NCBI GenBank assembly: GCA_038207725.1
Contig: JBBQZN010000001.1
Location: 3,862-67,861, forward strand
DNA length: 64,000 nt
Reading direction: 5' to 3'
DNA from: Bacteroidales bacterium
GTDB lineage: Bacteria > Bacteroidota > Bacteroidia > Bacteroidales > VadinHA17
Below, in pieces: positions 10,473 to 20,277 of this stretch. The notes under the pieces were generated by a model. That model searched no databases and had not been told where the DNA came from. It worked only from the letters and a program-made list of their open reading frames with translations. Every line of letters starts with the position of its first letter. Position 1 is the stretch's first letter. The position numbers were made by a program, and so were the translations under genes.

Positions 10473-10480
10473 CAAATATA
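10473..10480 (-). promoter_or_regulatory. Candidate -7 box (TATATTTG) upstream of greA
   Basis: Plus-strand CAAATATA, 62 nt upstream of the greA ATG and immediately upstream of the hairpin. Confidence 0.35.
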
Positions 10481-10545
10481 TAAACTTTTTTAATTAATTA
10501 CAAAATTATATAGCCTGAACAGGTGTTTTCCAAGTATTTATAAGA

Positions 10546-10923
10546 CTATTTATATTTCCTTCCGGCTTTGCGTCCGGCTGTTTTTGTATTTTTCTTTTTA
10601 GCCTTATCCCTTTCAATTGTTTCCTTCTGATTTTTTTTCATACGCTCCTGTACATCAGTAGTTTGAATATCAAGTGTTCTCTGCTGCGACCTCTTTATGT
10701 TTTTATCATAATCGCTCTTTTGCTTTTTGTCTTTTGCCTCCTGCTTTTTAACAGCCATGGTGACAGCCCTTGGCTGCTTTATCTTTGCCTCCTTGCTGTT
10801 ACTTCTGGATTTTCCAAATAATCCTTTTTCAGCCCTTCGTGAAGCATTCTTTTTAAAAATCTGTGCATCAGCAGATCCGGCTGCCACAGAAAATACAATG
10901 AGAATAAGTATCAGTTTTTTCAT
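10546..10923 (-). CDS. Small secreted Lys-rich protein (125 aa)
   Basis: Signal peptide MKKLILILIVFSVAAGSADA followed by a highly basic low-complexity sequence. Confidence 0.5.
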   Translation of the reverse strand: MKKLILILIVFSVAAGSADAQIFKKNASRRAEKGLFGKSRSNSKEAKIKQPRAVTMAVKKQEAKDKKQKSDYDKNIKRSQQRTLDIQTTDVQERMKKNQKETIERDKAKKKNTKTAGRKAGRKYK

Positions 10924-11023
10924 AGAGCTAAATTATTCAATATCAGCGGTAACAATATTTTTATTCAACAGTCGTTAATTGTCCGTAGCTAATACTAATT
11001 TTGTATAATTAATTTATATTCCA

Positions 11024-11503
11024 TTGAGAACCTGTTCAAAAATAAGATTTTTTTTAATTGCCACAACTCTGATCCTTTCAATAAGTTCATGTAACCGCAA
11101 GAATGATGTCATTCCTGATGTTATAGTTAATTTCAATCTCGACCTTAACGATCCTGAGTTTGTAAATCTCAATGCCATGGGAGGATCAGTTACTGTAAAT
11201 GCAAGTACAAATAACTGGGGCCGCTATGCCGCAGGTTACGACGGCAACGGTATCATAATTTACGCTGGAGTAAACGAATTCTATGCCTACGATAGAACCT
11301 GTCCTCACGATTATGCAGAAAACTCACTCAGCATAAAAGTCAATATTGATCCTCAATCTTCATTAACAGCAGTATGCCCTGAGTGCGGAACAACATATGC
11401 TCTTTCTGCTAATGGCACCCCGGCCAGCGGCGTGGGCAGATATCCTCTCAAAAACTACAAAGCCACCTTCGACGGCAGATTCGTATATGTAAGAAACTAC
11501 TAA
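11024..11503 (+). CDS. Lipoprotein with Rieske-like CxH...CxxC motif
   Basis: TTG start and lipobox (LSISSC). C-terminal pattern YAYDRTCPH...[10 protein letters not shown]...G.G..PLKNY resembles a Rieske fold in which the last His is replaced by Cys. Confidence 0.5.
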   Translation: MRTCSKIRFFLIATTLILSISSCNRKNDVIPDVIVNFNLDLNDPEFVNLNAMGGSVTVNASTNNWGRYAAGYDGNGIIIYAGVNEFYAYDRTCPHDYAENSLSIKVNIDPQSSLTAVCPECGTTYALSANGTPASGVGRYPLKNYKATFDGRFVYVRNY

Positions 11504-12894
11504 TACCTGTAATGATCGGGCTTGTAAGGACCTGTTGCAGGCACTCCTATATAATCTGACTGTTCCTTTGTAAGTTTCGTCAGCTTTACTCCAAGCTGAT
11601 CAAGATGCAGACGTGCCACTTCTTCATCAAGGTCTTTCGGAAGCCTGTAAACACCTATCTCATAATTCTTCTTCCAAAGTTCTATCTGAGCAAGTGTCTG
11701 ATTACTGAATGAGTTACTCATTACAAATGACGGGTGACCTGTTGCACATCCAAGGTTTACAAGTCTGCCTTCAGCGAGTATGAAGATTGAATGACCATCA
11801 GGGAATATATATTTATCAACCTGAGGTTTGATATTTATCCTTTCAATTCCTTTAAGTTCATTGAGAGTGTCAACCTGAATCTCATTATCGAAGTGGCCAA
11901 TATTACATACTATAGCCTGATCTTTCATCTTCTTCATGTGTTCGACTGTGATGATATCGAAGTTACCGGTAGCGGTTACATAAATATTACCTTCACCAAG
12001 AGTATCTTCAACTGTCTTCACTTCGAAACCTTCCATAGAAGCCTGAAGTGCACATATCGGATCTATTTCAGTTACTATAACCCTGGAACCATAAGAGGTC
12101 ATTGATTTTGCGCAACCTTTTCCAACATCACCGTATCCGCAAACTACAACTACTTTGCCTGCAAGCATAACGTCGGTAGCTCTTTTGATTCCATCAGCAA
12201 GTGATTCACGGCAACCGTAAAGGTTATCGAACTTTGATTTTGTAACCGAATCATTAACATTTATTGCAGGAACAAGAAGCTCACCATTCTCAAGCATCTG
12301 ATATAGTCTGTGTACTCCTGTTGTTGTCTCTTCAGAGATTCCTTTGAGTTCACTGACGGTCCTGTGCCATTTTCCCGGTTCTTTTGCAAGCAGATCCTTG
12401 AGTGTTGCAAGAATAATAGCTTCTTCCCTGTTTGAAGGGTGCTTGTCGAGAACCTTAGGATCGTTTTCAGCTTTAAATCCGAGATGAACCATAAGTGAGG
12501 CATCGCCGCCATCATCTACAAGAAGATTAGGGCCTTTTCCCCCGGGAAACGTAAGAGCCTGTGCTGTACACCACCAATATTCCTCAAGGGTCTCACCCTT
12601 CCAGGCAAAAACAGGAATCCCCTTAGCAGCAATTGCAGCAGCTGCATGATCCTGTGTCGAAAATATATTACAGCTTGCCCAGCGTACATCAGCACCAAGT
12701 TCTGCAAGTGTCTCAATTAGTACGGCTGTCTGAATTGTCATATGAAGTGATCCGGTAATACGGGCTCCTTTAAGTGGTTTCTCAGCAGAATATTTCTTTC
12801 TGATTGCCAGTAATCCCGGCATCTCTTTTTCCGCAATTTCAATCTCTTTCCGGCCAAAATCTGCCAGTGTTATGTCTTTTACCTGGTATTGCAT
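11500..12894 (-). CDS. ahcY: Adenosylhomocysteinase
   Basis: 464 aa: [28 protein letters not shown], the NAD-binding [10 protein letters not shown], and C-terminal [10 protein letters not shown]. Confidence 0.95.
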   Translation of the reverse strand: MQYQVKDITLADFGRKEIEIAEKEMPGLLAIRKKYSAEKPLKGARITGSLHMTIQTAVLIETLAELGADVRWASCNIFSTQDHAAAAIAAKGIPVFAWKGETLEEYWWCTAQALTFPGGKGPNLLVDDGGDASLMVHLGFKAENDPKVLDKHPSNREEAIILATLKDLLAKEPGKWHRTVSELKGISEETTTGVHRLYQMLENGELLVPAINVNDSVTKSKFDNLYGCRESLADGIKRATDVMLAGKVVVVCGYGDVGKGCAKSMTSYGSRVIVTEIDPICALQASMEGFEVKTVEDTLGEGNIYVTATGNFDIITVEHMKKMKDQAIVCNIGHFDNEIQVDTLNELKGIERINIKPQVDKYIFPDGHSIFILAEGRLVNLGCATGHPSFVMSNSFSNQTLAQIELWKKNYEIGVYRLPKDLDEEVARLHLDQLGVKLTKLTKEQSDYIGVPATGPYKPDHYRY

Positions 12895-12937
12895 TGTATA
12901 GTTTGTTATTTTAAATAATAGTAATTTTTCAAGAGTG

Positions 12938-12945
12938 CAAAGATA
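12938..12945 (-). promoter_or_regulatory. Candidate -7 box (TATCTTTG) for ahcY
   Basis: Plus-strand CAAAGATA, 44 nt upstream of the ATG at 12894. Confidence 0.4.
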
Positions 12946-12967
12946 ATAATAATATTATTAATATTGT

Positions 12968-13897
12968 TCAGCCCAACAGCTCAATAACCTGTTGTTTATC
13001 AAGTTCCATCTGTGCTGATAGCTTTTCCAAATTTTCGAATTTGACCTCTCCTCGCAGTCTTTTCCTGAAAGTTATCGTCAGCTTACAGCCGTAGATATCT
13101 TTATTGAAATTCAGAATATTAACTTCAATTGTCCTCTGCCCCGGTTCTGAATTAACCGTTGGATTTGTACCTATACTCAGCATCCCCGGATGTGTGGATC
13201 CGTCAAGTTGTACCTGTACGGCGTACACACCATTCATAGGGATGAGTTTGTGCGTATCATCAGGCTCAATATTTGCAGTAGGAAATCCTATAGATCTTCC
13301 TATCTGCCGTCCTGATATCACACTACCTGACAGACTATAATAATACCCCAGCCATTTGTTAGCCTCATCAATCCTTCCGGTAAGAAGCGCCTCCCTTATT
13401 ACTGAAGAGCTGATTGCGCCCTCCTCAGTATGAAATCCCTGAACCTGCTCAACAGTGAAATGGTGTGCTTCGGCACAATTAGTAATTGTATCAAAATCTC
13501 CCTCGCCCTTTCTGCCAAAATGATGATTGAATCCTAGTATAAGATGCTTAGTCCCTATTTTATCAACAAGAATATTTTTAATGAAATCGCATGCAGGAAT
13601 TGTACTGAATTCCCTGCTGAACTCTATAAGCACAAGATGATCGATACCTGCCTTTTCCAGACGCACAATTTTTTCGTCCATTGTTGTGAGAAAGAATAGC
13701 GGTTTATCACCATTCTCCAGCACGAGGCGGGGATGAGGGGAAAAAGTGACAACTAACGACTCACCTTTTGTCTCTTTCGACTTATCTGTAAGCCTGTTAA
13801 GCAGGGTCATATGCCCCCTGTGAACTCCGTCAAAAATTCCAAGAGTTACCGAGGGTGAGCGAAGTGACAGGTTAATATATCCTTGATGTATGATCAT
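12968..13897 (-). CDS. ribF: Bifunctional riboflavin kinase / FAD synthetase
   Basis: GIFDGVHRGH (FMN adenylyltransferase) and the GFPTAN riboflavin kinase region. I prefer the ATG at 13897 over the TTG at 13927 because a -7 box lies at 13916-13923. Confidence 0.9.
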   Translation of the reverse strand: MIIHQGYINLSLRSPSVTLGIFDGVHRGHMTLLNRLTDKSKETKGESLVVTFSPHPRLVLENGDKPLFFLTTMDEKIVRLEKAGIDHLVLIEFSREFSTIPACDFIKNILVDKIGTKHLILGFNHHFGRKGEGDFDTITNCAEAHHFTVEQVQGFHTEEGAISSSVIREALLTGRIDEANKWLGYYYSLSGSVISGRQIGRSIGFPTANIEPDDTHKLIPMNGVYAVQVQLDGSTHPGMLSIGTNPTVNSEPGQRTIEVNILNFNKDIYGCKLTITFRKRLRGEVKFENLEKLSAQMELDKQQVIELLG

Positions 13898-13915
13898 AAT
13901 ATTTGTATCACGTTG

Positions 13916-13923
13916 CAAAAATA
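13916..13923 (-). promoter_or_regulatory. Candidate -7 box (TATTTTTG) for ribF
   Basis: Plus-strand CAAAAATA, 19 nt upstream of the ATG at 13897. Confidence 0.3.
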
Positions 13924-14001
13924 ACAAAGCCGGTTGAAATGAACCCTAATTATGATTTTGTTTTCGTACTTTTATAAAAAGAATCCGATTTACATCTGAG
14001 A

Positions 14002-16029
14002 ATGAAACCAGTCAGTTTTTACGCATCAGACCCCTGGCTTAATCCCTTTACATCTGTAATTGACAGCCGTATTGCCAAATGCCTGGTTAAAGAAAAGAAT
14101 CTCACAGGAAAGGGGAATCTTTCTGAATTTGCCATGGGTCACTATTATTATGGACTTCACCATAATGGCGATGCATGGATTTTCAGGGAATGGGCTCCTA
14201 ATGCTACAGACATATATCTTACCGGTACATTTTCAGGATGGAAAGAGACGCCTGAATACAGGATGAAAAGGATTAATAACAATGGTGACTGGGAACTTTC
14301 ACTCCCGTCTGATTTTCTTAAACACGGAGATCTTTTCAAACTTTTTTTACACTGGCAGGGTGGAAAAGGTGAACGCATACCATCATATGCAAACCGCGTT
14401 GTTCAGGATGATACTACCAAAATATTCAGTGCGCAGGTCTGGAAACCTGCAAAAGAGTATGAATGGAAAAGCAATTCTTTCAAAGCCTCATCGAATGCCG
14501 CTACAATATATGAAGCTCATATTGGAATGGCAACCAGCGAAGAAAAAACCGGGACCTACAGTGAATTCACAAAGAATATTCTTCCCCTGATCGTAAAGGC
14601 CGGATATAATACAATCCAGTTGATGGCCATTCAGGAACATCCGTTTTACGGTTCATTCGGATATCATGTTTCGAGCTTTTTCGCTGCCTCCTCTCGTTTT
14701 GGAACACCTGAAGAACTTAAAGAACTTGTTGATACAGCACACGCATCGGGCATCAAAGTAATCATGGATCTCGTTCATTCCCACTCTGTTAAAAATGTAA
14801 ATGAGGGACTTGGCCTTTTTGACGGATCACCGGGACAGTACTTTCATGCAAATAACCGCCGGCAACACAAGGCATGGGATTCCCTTTGCTTTGATTACGG
14901 GAAAGACAACGTTGTCCACTTTCTTCTTTCTAACTGCAGATACTGGCTAGAAGAGTACCGATTTGACGGTTACAGGTTTGATGGAATAACAAGTATGATC
15001 TACTATGACCATGGCCTTGAAAAGAATTTTACAACATACGATGAATATTTTGACGGAAATCAGGATGAAGATGCAATGATATACCTTTTCTTGGCAAATA
15101 AAATGATTCATGAATATAAGCCTGATGCCATTACTATTGCCGAAGAGATGAGCGGAATGCCAGGAATTGCAGCTGCCATTAAGCACAAAGGATTCGGATT
15201 TGATTACAGGCTTTCAATGGGTGTTCCTGACTTCTGGATAAAACTGGTTAAGGAAACATTCGACGAGAACTGGGACATGGGTAAACTTATGTATGAGCTT
15301 ACACAGCACAGGCCTGAAGAGAAGATAATATCGTACTGTGAATCTCATGATCAGGCATTGGTCGGCGACAAGACACTTATATTCAGAATGATAGAGGCTG
15401 AGATGTACTCGGGTATGGCAAAATCATTTCATAGTATTAAGGTCGACAGGGGAATCGCTCTTCATAAGATGATAAGGCTCATTACATTCAGTACTTCAGG
15501 TGGAGGATATCTGAATTTTATGGGTAATGAATTCGGACATCCTGAGTGGATTGATTTTCCCAGGGAGGGAAATAACTGGAGTTTTAAATATGCGAGAAGA
15601 CAATGGAACCTTGCTGAGGATAAAGAACTTAAATATCAGTTCCTGTCAAAATTTGACAAAAAAATGCTGAAGCTCCAAAATGACTACAGTATCCTCGAAA
15701 ACATGAATATCAGCAGGATATATGATAACAACAGTGACAAGATAATTGCCTTCATGCGTGGGGAGCTCCTATTCGTATTTAACTTCAACCCTTCTGTTTC
15801 ATTTACCGATTACGGAATTCCGGTTCAGGGAAAATTCAGAATTATTCTTGATAGCGACGACTCCCAGTTCGGAGGCTTTGACAGAGTTGAGCGTAAAACG
15901 TCATATCTCTCTGTAAAAAAAGCAGAAAGGAACATTATTAATGCTCCTTTATACCTTTATCTGTACCTGCCAGCCAGAACTGCTCTTGTTTTTAAGAAAG
16001 AGCAGCTCCGCAGAGCAACCGATATCTAG
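14002..16029 (+). CDS. glgB: 1,4-alpha-glucan branching enzyme (GH13, eukaryote-like short type)
   Basis: 675 aa with GH13 regions VIMDLVHSH, YRFDGYRFDGITSM, IAEEMSG and YCESHDQALVGDK. Confidence 0.9.
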   Translation: MKPVSFYASDPWLNPFTSVIDSRIAKCLVKEKNLTGKGNLSEFAMGHYYYGLHHNGDAWIFREWAPNATDIYLTGTFSGWKETPEYRMKRINNNGDWELSLPSDFLKHGDLFKLFLHWQGGKGERIPSYANRVVQDDTTKIFSAQVWKPAKEYEWKSNSFKASSNAATIYEAHIGMATSEEKTGTYSEFTKNILPLIVKAGYNTIQLMAIQEHPFYGSFGYHVSSFFAASSRFGTPEELKELVDTAHASGIKVIMDLVHSHSVKNVNEGLGLFDGSPGQYFHANNRRQHKAWDSLCFDYGKDNVVHFLLSNCRYWLEEYRFDGYRFDGITSMIYYDHGLEKNFTTYDEYFDGNQDEDAMIYLFLANKMIHEYKPDAITIAEEMSGMPGIAAAIKHKGFGFDYRLSMGVPDFWIKLVKETFDENWDMGKLMYELTQHRPEEKIISYCESHDQALVGDKTLIFRMIEAEMYSGMAKSFHSIKVDRGIALHKMIRLITFSTSGGGYLNFMGNEFGHPEWIDFPREGNNWSFKYARRQWNLAEDKELKYQFLSKFDKKMLKLQNDYSILENMNISRIYDNNSDKIIAFMRGELLFVFNFNPSVSFTDYGIPVQGKFRIILDSDDSQFGGFDRVERKTSYLSVKKAERNIINAPLYLYLYLPARTALVFKKEQLRRATDI

Positions 16030-19000
16030 TCAATCCACCTTAAAAGGTAGAAATCCTGTTTGTGTGGCAGATCAACATGCTTCGGATATATCCTTATGCC
16101 GTAAAAGAATGCGCCTGCTTTCTCGGGAACCAGACTTGCCCTGTAAAGACATTTCCCGCTTTTACAGCTAACCATATGAAACTCTTCACTTGCAACAAAC
16201 TTATGCTCGCCGTGTTTACCCATATGCGTTATTATAAACTCAACTCCAACATTCTCTCTTGGGATTCTCTTTACATCGAGGGCAATTTCTGCCTTATAGT
16301 CATGCCCTGACCTGTAAACATTTTCACCTGCCTTCTCAAAACTATAGTTTATAACCTCAATATTATCCCACTCCTCGCGCATAGTCTGTTTCCAGGCAGC
16401 AAGCTCTTTTGCCTTTTCAAAATTATTGTTAATCAGGTATTTATTTCGTGTATTAAGCTTTCTGTAATACTTTTCAAAATAGTCGTCGATCTGTCTCTTC
16501 ATTGTAAATTCAGGAGCAATCTTAACCATAGTATTTTTTACAAGGCTCATCCACTCAACTGGCACTCCCTGATCGTTAAACGAATAGTAGGCCGGAACTA
16601 TCTCATATTCAAGCATATTGTAAATAGTTTCCGCATCAATATCATCCTGAAGATCCTGATTTTCAAATGTCCTTTTCTTGGGTAAAGCCCAGCCTGCAAA
16701 AGCACGGTATCCTTCCACCCACCAGCCGTCAAGAACACTGAAATGAATTGTCCCGTTCATAACAGCCTTTTCACCGCTGGTACCTGAGGCTTCAAGTGGC
16801 CTGGTTGGAGTATTAAGCCAGATGTCAACACCCCTGACGAGGTATTTTGCCAGTTCAATATCGTAGTTCTCTAGGAAAATTACTTTGCCTGTAAACCGTG
16901 GCATCTGCGAGATCTCAAAGATTCTTTTAATCAGATCCTGGCCACCTCCATCATTTGGATGAGCTTTCCCTGCATAGATAAATTGTACCGGCTTATCCGG
17001 ATTATTAACAATCCTGTCAAGTCTGTCAAGATCCCTGAAAAGAAGTGACGCTCTTTTGTATGTGGCAAATCTGCGGGCAAACCCTATCGTCAGAGCTTTC
17101 TCATCAAGATGACTACTGATATTCAGCAGAGTACGGGGACTTACGTGTTTCTCAATCATATCAGACTGAAGACGCTTTCTGATATTCGAGAAAAGTTTCT
17201 TTTTAAGTCCTGTCTTAACCTCATAGATCTTTTTATCCTCAACGTTGTAAAGTCTTTCCCAGAGTCTCCTGTCGGTCTGGTCAAAATTAACATTTCCTGT
17301 GAGGCTCTTATAAACTTCCCTCCACTCAGGGGCTGTCCATGTAGGGTGATGAACTCCGTTAGTCACATGTCCGATAAACAACTCTTCTTTCAGATATCCC
17401 GGCCAGAGTTTACTAAACATCCCCCGGCTTACTTCACCATGAAGTTTACTTACTCCATTCACCTCCTGCGACATCCTTGTTGCAAGGTAACTCATATTGA
17501 ATTTCCTGTCATAATCACCTTCACATTGTCCGAGAGCCATAAGCTGTTCCCAGCTTATTGTAAGTCTGCTATGATAATGTGAGATATATTTACGGAGAAG
17601 GTCCTCATCAAAAGCATCATGTCCTGCAGGTACAGGGGTATGTGTAGTAAAGAGGGTTGATGACCTGACTACCTCAAGCGCCTGATTGAATGTAAGATGA
17701 TGATCATTATTCAGTATCCTCATTCTTTCGAGGCTAATAAATGCAGAGTGTCCCTCATTGCTGTGATATACATCGGGATGCAATCCCATGGCCTCGAGAG
17801 CTCTTATCCCCCCGATGCCCAGTATAAGTTCCTGTCTAAGTCTGTTTTCATTATCGCCGCCATACAGATAATGTGTTACAGTACGGTCTTCAGGTAAATT
17901 ATCGTCAAAATCAGTATCAAGAAGAACGAGCCTGACTTTACCTACCATAGCCTCCCATACTCTGATGCTAACAGTTCTGCCAGGCCATACAAGGCTAACT
18001 ACAAGATGATTACCTTCCGTGTCTTTTACCGGACTTATCGGAAGTCGGGAAAACTCTTCTGCATCATATATTGATAACTGTTCTCCTCTTGGGCCTAGTT
18101 TTTGTTTGAAATAACCATATCTGTATAGCAGTCCGATACCAGTGATATTCAGATTCGAATCACTTGCTTCTTTCAGATAATCTCCGGCAAGAATTCCCAA
18201 ACCTCCGGAGTATGTCTTCAGACATGGATGAATTCCAAATTCCATACTGAAATAGGCAACAGAAGGGCTACTGATATCATCGGGACGATCTTTGTATTGA
18301 GTGAAAAGGTCAAAAATTCTTTTTAATTCACCTAAAAATTCCTCATCATCCTCGAGTATCATAAGCCTCTTATAATCTATCTTTTCAAGAAGCAGTTTCG
18401 GATTATGACGCACTTCCTCCCAAAGCGATGGATCCATATGGCAAAACAACGATTCGGCTTCTGAATTCCATGACCACCATAAATTGTTTGCAAGTTCTTT
18501 GAGGGCACCCAGTTTTTCAGGAACATCACTCTGAACATAGATATCTTTCCATACCGGAACCTGGTGCGGTTTTCTTACTACAAGACCTGGTGCTTCAACA
18601 AATTTTGCAAATTCCCGGGGCTCATCTCTCCTTTCACTGCTTTTCGTCAGAGCTATTTTATACGCATAGAAATAATGATCCACGAGCGTATCCCACATTG
18701 CTATCCTTGATACTTCATGTGCTTTCTTTCGGGCTTCCTTTATATCATCATCGCTTAAACCGATAAACGAAGACATGAAAGCTCTTATCTTATCAACTAC
18801 CTCAGCCTCATTATCATCAGTTCTTTCAATAACGGAAATACCATAGCCCGGATTCTCAAAATAGGTTTTAACCCAGAGTCCGAATCCTGAAAGTGAGGTT
18901 GTAACAGTTGGAATCGAGAACATTAAACTCTCGAGAGGGGTATATCCCCATGGTTCGTAATATGACGGGAAAACCGAAAGGTCAAATCCTATCAACAGAT

Positions 19001-20249
19001 CGAAGTATGGAATATTAAAGATGCCATCATCACCATTAAGATAAGATGGAACGAAAATTATTTTAACTTTTGAATCCTGAGTATTATGGAGGTTGTTTAC
19101 TTCAAGTCGCTGGAGGACAGGGTCGGTATGGGGATAATGCAAACTGTGAGTAAGGAATCTGTCTCCACCGTTTTTTGGTCCGTCATGGTTAAGTACTTCG
19201 ATAATATCCTGACGTGGTCCCTTATGGTATGCAGGTATCAGGAAGAAAGCAACACACTCTTTTTTAATTCTACCCTCCTTCTGAAGTTCACCCAGCGAAT
19301 CTATAAAGATATCAATCCCCTTGTTTCTGAACTCATATCTGCCGCTGTTAACAATATATACACAGTCATCTGACAACGAATATCCCAGAACTGCTTCCGC
19401 AACATTTTTCAGACTGGATCTTGCATTTTTTCTTACCTCTTCGAACCGGTCAATACCGGGAACAAATGAGTCTTCAAATCCATTTGGTGTTACAATATCA
19501 ACATCCTTACCAAGAAAATGGCTGCATTCCCGTGAAGTAATATCGCTGACAGTTGTAAAGACATCAGAAACAGTTGCTGCAATCTTTTCGAGTGACTGTT
19601 TTGCTACAACATTGAACTCCCGCGCAATCTGCACCGGATTATAACTCTCCATTTTCCCATACAGCGGACGACCGTTCCCTGCAATACACCTGCCAAGTAC
19701 TGTTGCGTGACTTGTAAAAGATGTTGCGATCCATGGAGCGAACTTTTCAAGGTATAATACCCCTGATCCTGTCATCCACTCATGAAACTGTGCAATAATA
19801 TTATGGTTGCTGTGATAAAACCCAGAAAAACTTTCTATCAGTTTTCCGGCAGCGTATCCGAAAAGAGCAGGCTCAACATAATCCCACTGACCTGAAATGC
19901 TATCGAGTTTGTATGTTTCCCAGAAACCAGCAAAAATCTCATTCTGCTGCCCGAAATATGGTGTAAAATCAATAAGAATAACAATTGGTTTCCCTGAAAT
20001 ATTCCACCTGCCAGTTTTTACCCTCAGTCCTTCTGACGCTGCTCTTCCCTTCCAGTCTGCAAAGAGGGAATCGTCAGGAATAAATTCAGGATTGGTAATA
20101 TCCTCTCTCCATACATCAGGTCCGATGAGAATATAATTATCGCCTAACTGGTTAATAATTTTAAGTGCTTTAGTAGATATTACCGTATGGATTCCTCCAA
20201 CCTTATTACAAACTTCCCAACTTGTTTCAAAAATAAAATCAACCTTCAT
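16026..20249 (-). CDS. Fusion protein: GT3-type glycogen synthase (N) :: GT35 alpha-glucan phosphorylase (C)
   Basis: 1407 aa with no internal stop. The N half has FETSWEVCNKVGGI and the E-X7-E motif YEPWGYTPLE. The C half has WWSWN..A..LF (DUF3417-like), SNEGHSAF, TTHTPVPAGHD and the PLP-Lys region EASGTSGEKAVMNG. Confidence 0.9.
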   Translation of the reverse strand: MKVDFIFETSWEVCNKVGGIHTVISTKALKIINQLGDNYILIGPDVWREDITNPEFIPDDSLFADWKGRAASEGLRVKTGRWNISGKPIVILIDFTPYFGQQNEIFAGFWETYKLDSISGQWDYVEPALFGYAAGKLIESFSGFYHSNHNIIAQFHEWMTGSGVLYLEKFAPWIATSFTSHATVLGRCIAGNGRPLYGKMESYNPVQIAREFNVVAKQSLEKIAATVSDVFTTVSDITSRECSHFLGKDVDIVTPNGFEDSFVPGIDRFEEVRKNARSSLKNVAEAVLGYSLSDDCVYIVNSGRYEFRNKGIDIFIDSLGELQKEGRIKKECVAFFLIPAYHKGPRQDIIEVLNHDGPKNGGDRFLTHSLHYPHTDPVLQRLEVNNLHNTQDSKVKIIFVPSYLNGDDGIFNIPYFDLLIGFDLSVFPSYYEPWGYTPLESLMFSIPTVTTSLSGFGLWVKTYFENPGYGISVIERTDDNEAEVVDKIRAFMSSFIGLSDDDIKEARKKAHEVSRIAMWDTLVDHYFYAYKIALTKSSERRDEPREFAKFVEAPGLVVRKPHQVPVWKDIYVQSDVPEKLGALKELANNLWWSWNSEAESLFCHMDPSLWEEVRHNPKLLLEKIDYKRLMILEDDEEFLGELKRIFDLFTQYKDRPDDISSPSVAYFSMEFGIHPCLKTYSGGLGILAGDYLKEASDSNLNITGIGLLYRYGYFKQKLGPRGEQLSIYDAEEFSRLPISPVKDTEGNHLVVSLVWPGRTVSIRVWEAMVGKVRLVLLDTDFDDNLPEDRTVTHYLYGGDNENRLRQELILGIGGIRALEAMGLHPDVYHSNEGHSAFISLERMRILNNDHHLTFNQALEVVRSSTLFTTHTPVPAGHDAFDEDLLRKYISHYHSRLTISWEQLMALGQCEGDYDRKFNMSYLATRMSQEVNGVSKLHGEVSRGMFSKLWPGYLKEELFIGHVTNGVHHPTWTAPEWREVYKSLTGNVNFDQTDRRLWERLYNVEDKKIYEVKTGLKKKLFSNIRKRLQSDMIEKHVSPRTLLNISSHLDEKALTIGFARRFATYKRASLLFRDLDRLDRIVNNPDKPVQFIYAGKAHPNDGGGQDLIKRIFEISQMPRFTGKVIFLENYDIELAKYLVRGVDIWLNTPTRPLEASGTSGEKAVMNGTIHFSVLDGWWVEGYRAFAGWALPKKRTFENQDLQDDIDAETIYNMLEYEIVPAYYSFNDQGVPVEWMSLVKNTMVKIAPEFTMKRQIDDYFEKYYRKLNTRNKYLINNNFEKAKELAAWKQTMREEWDNIEVINYSFEKAGENVYRSGHDYKAEIALDVKRIPRENVGVEFIITHMGKHGEHKFVASEEFHMVSCKSGKCLYRASLVPEKAGAFFYGIRIYPKHVDLPHKQDFYLLRWID

Positions 20250-20277
20250 CTCTAAATCTTATTTATTTAAGTTTTAA

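Noticed and set aside
12261-12716. Alternative-frame ORFs inside ahcY
   Set aside because: They are embedded in a highly conserved enzyme gene, and nothing supports dual coding.
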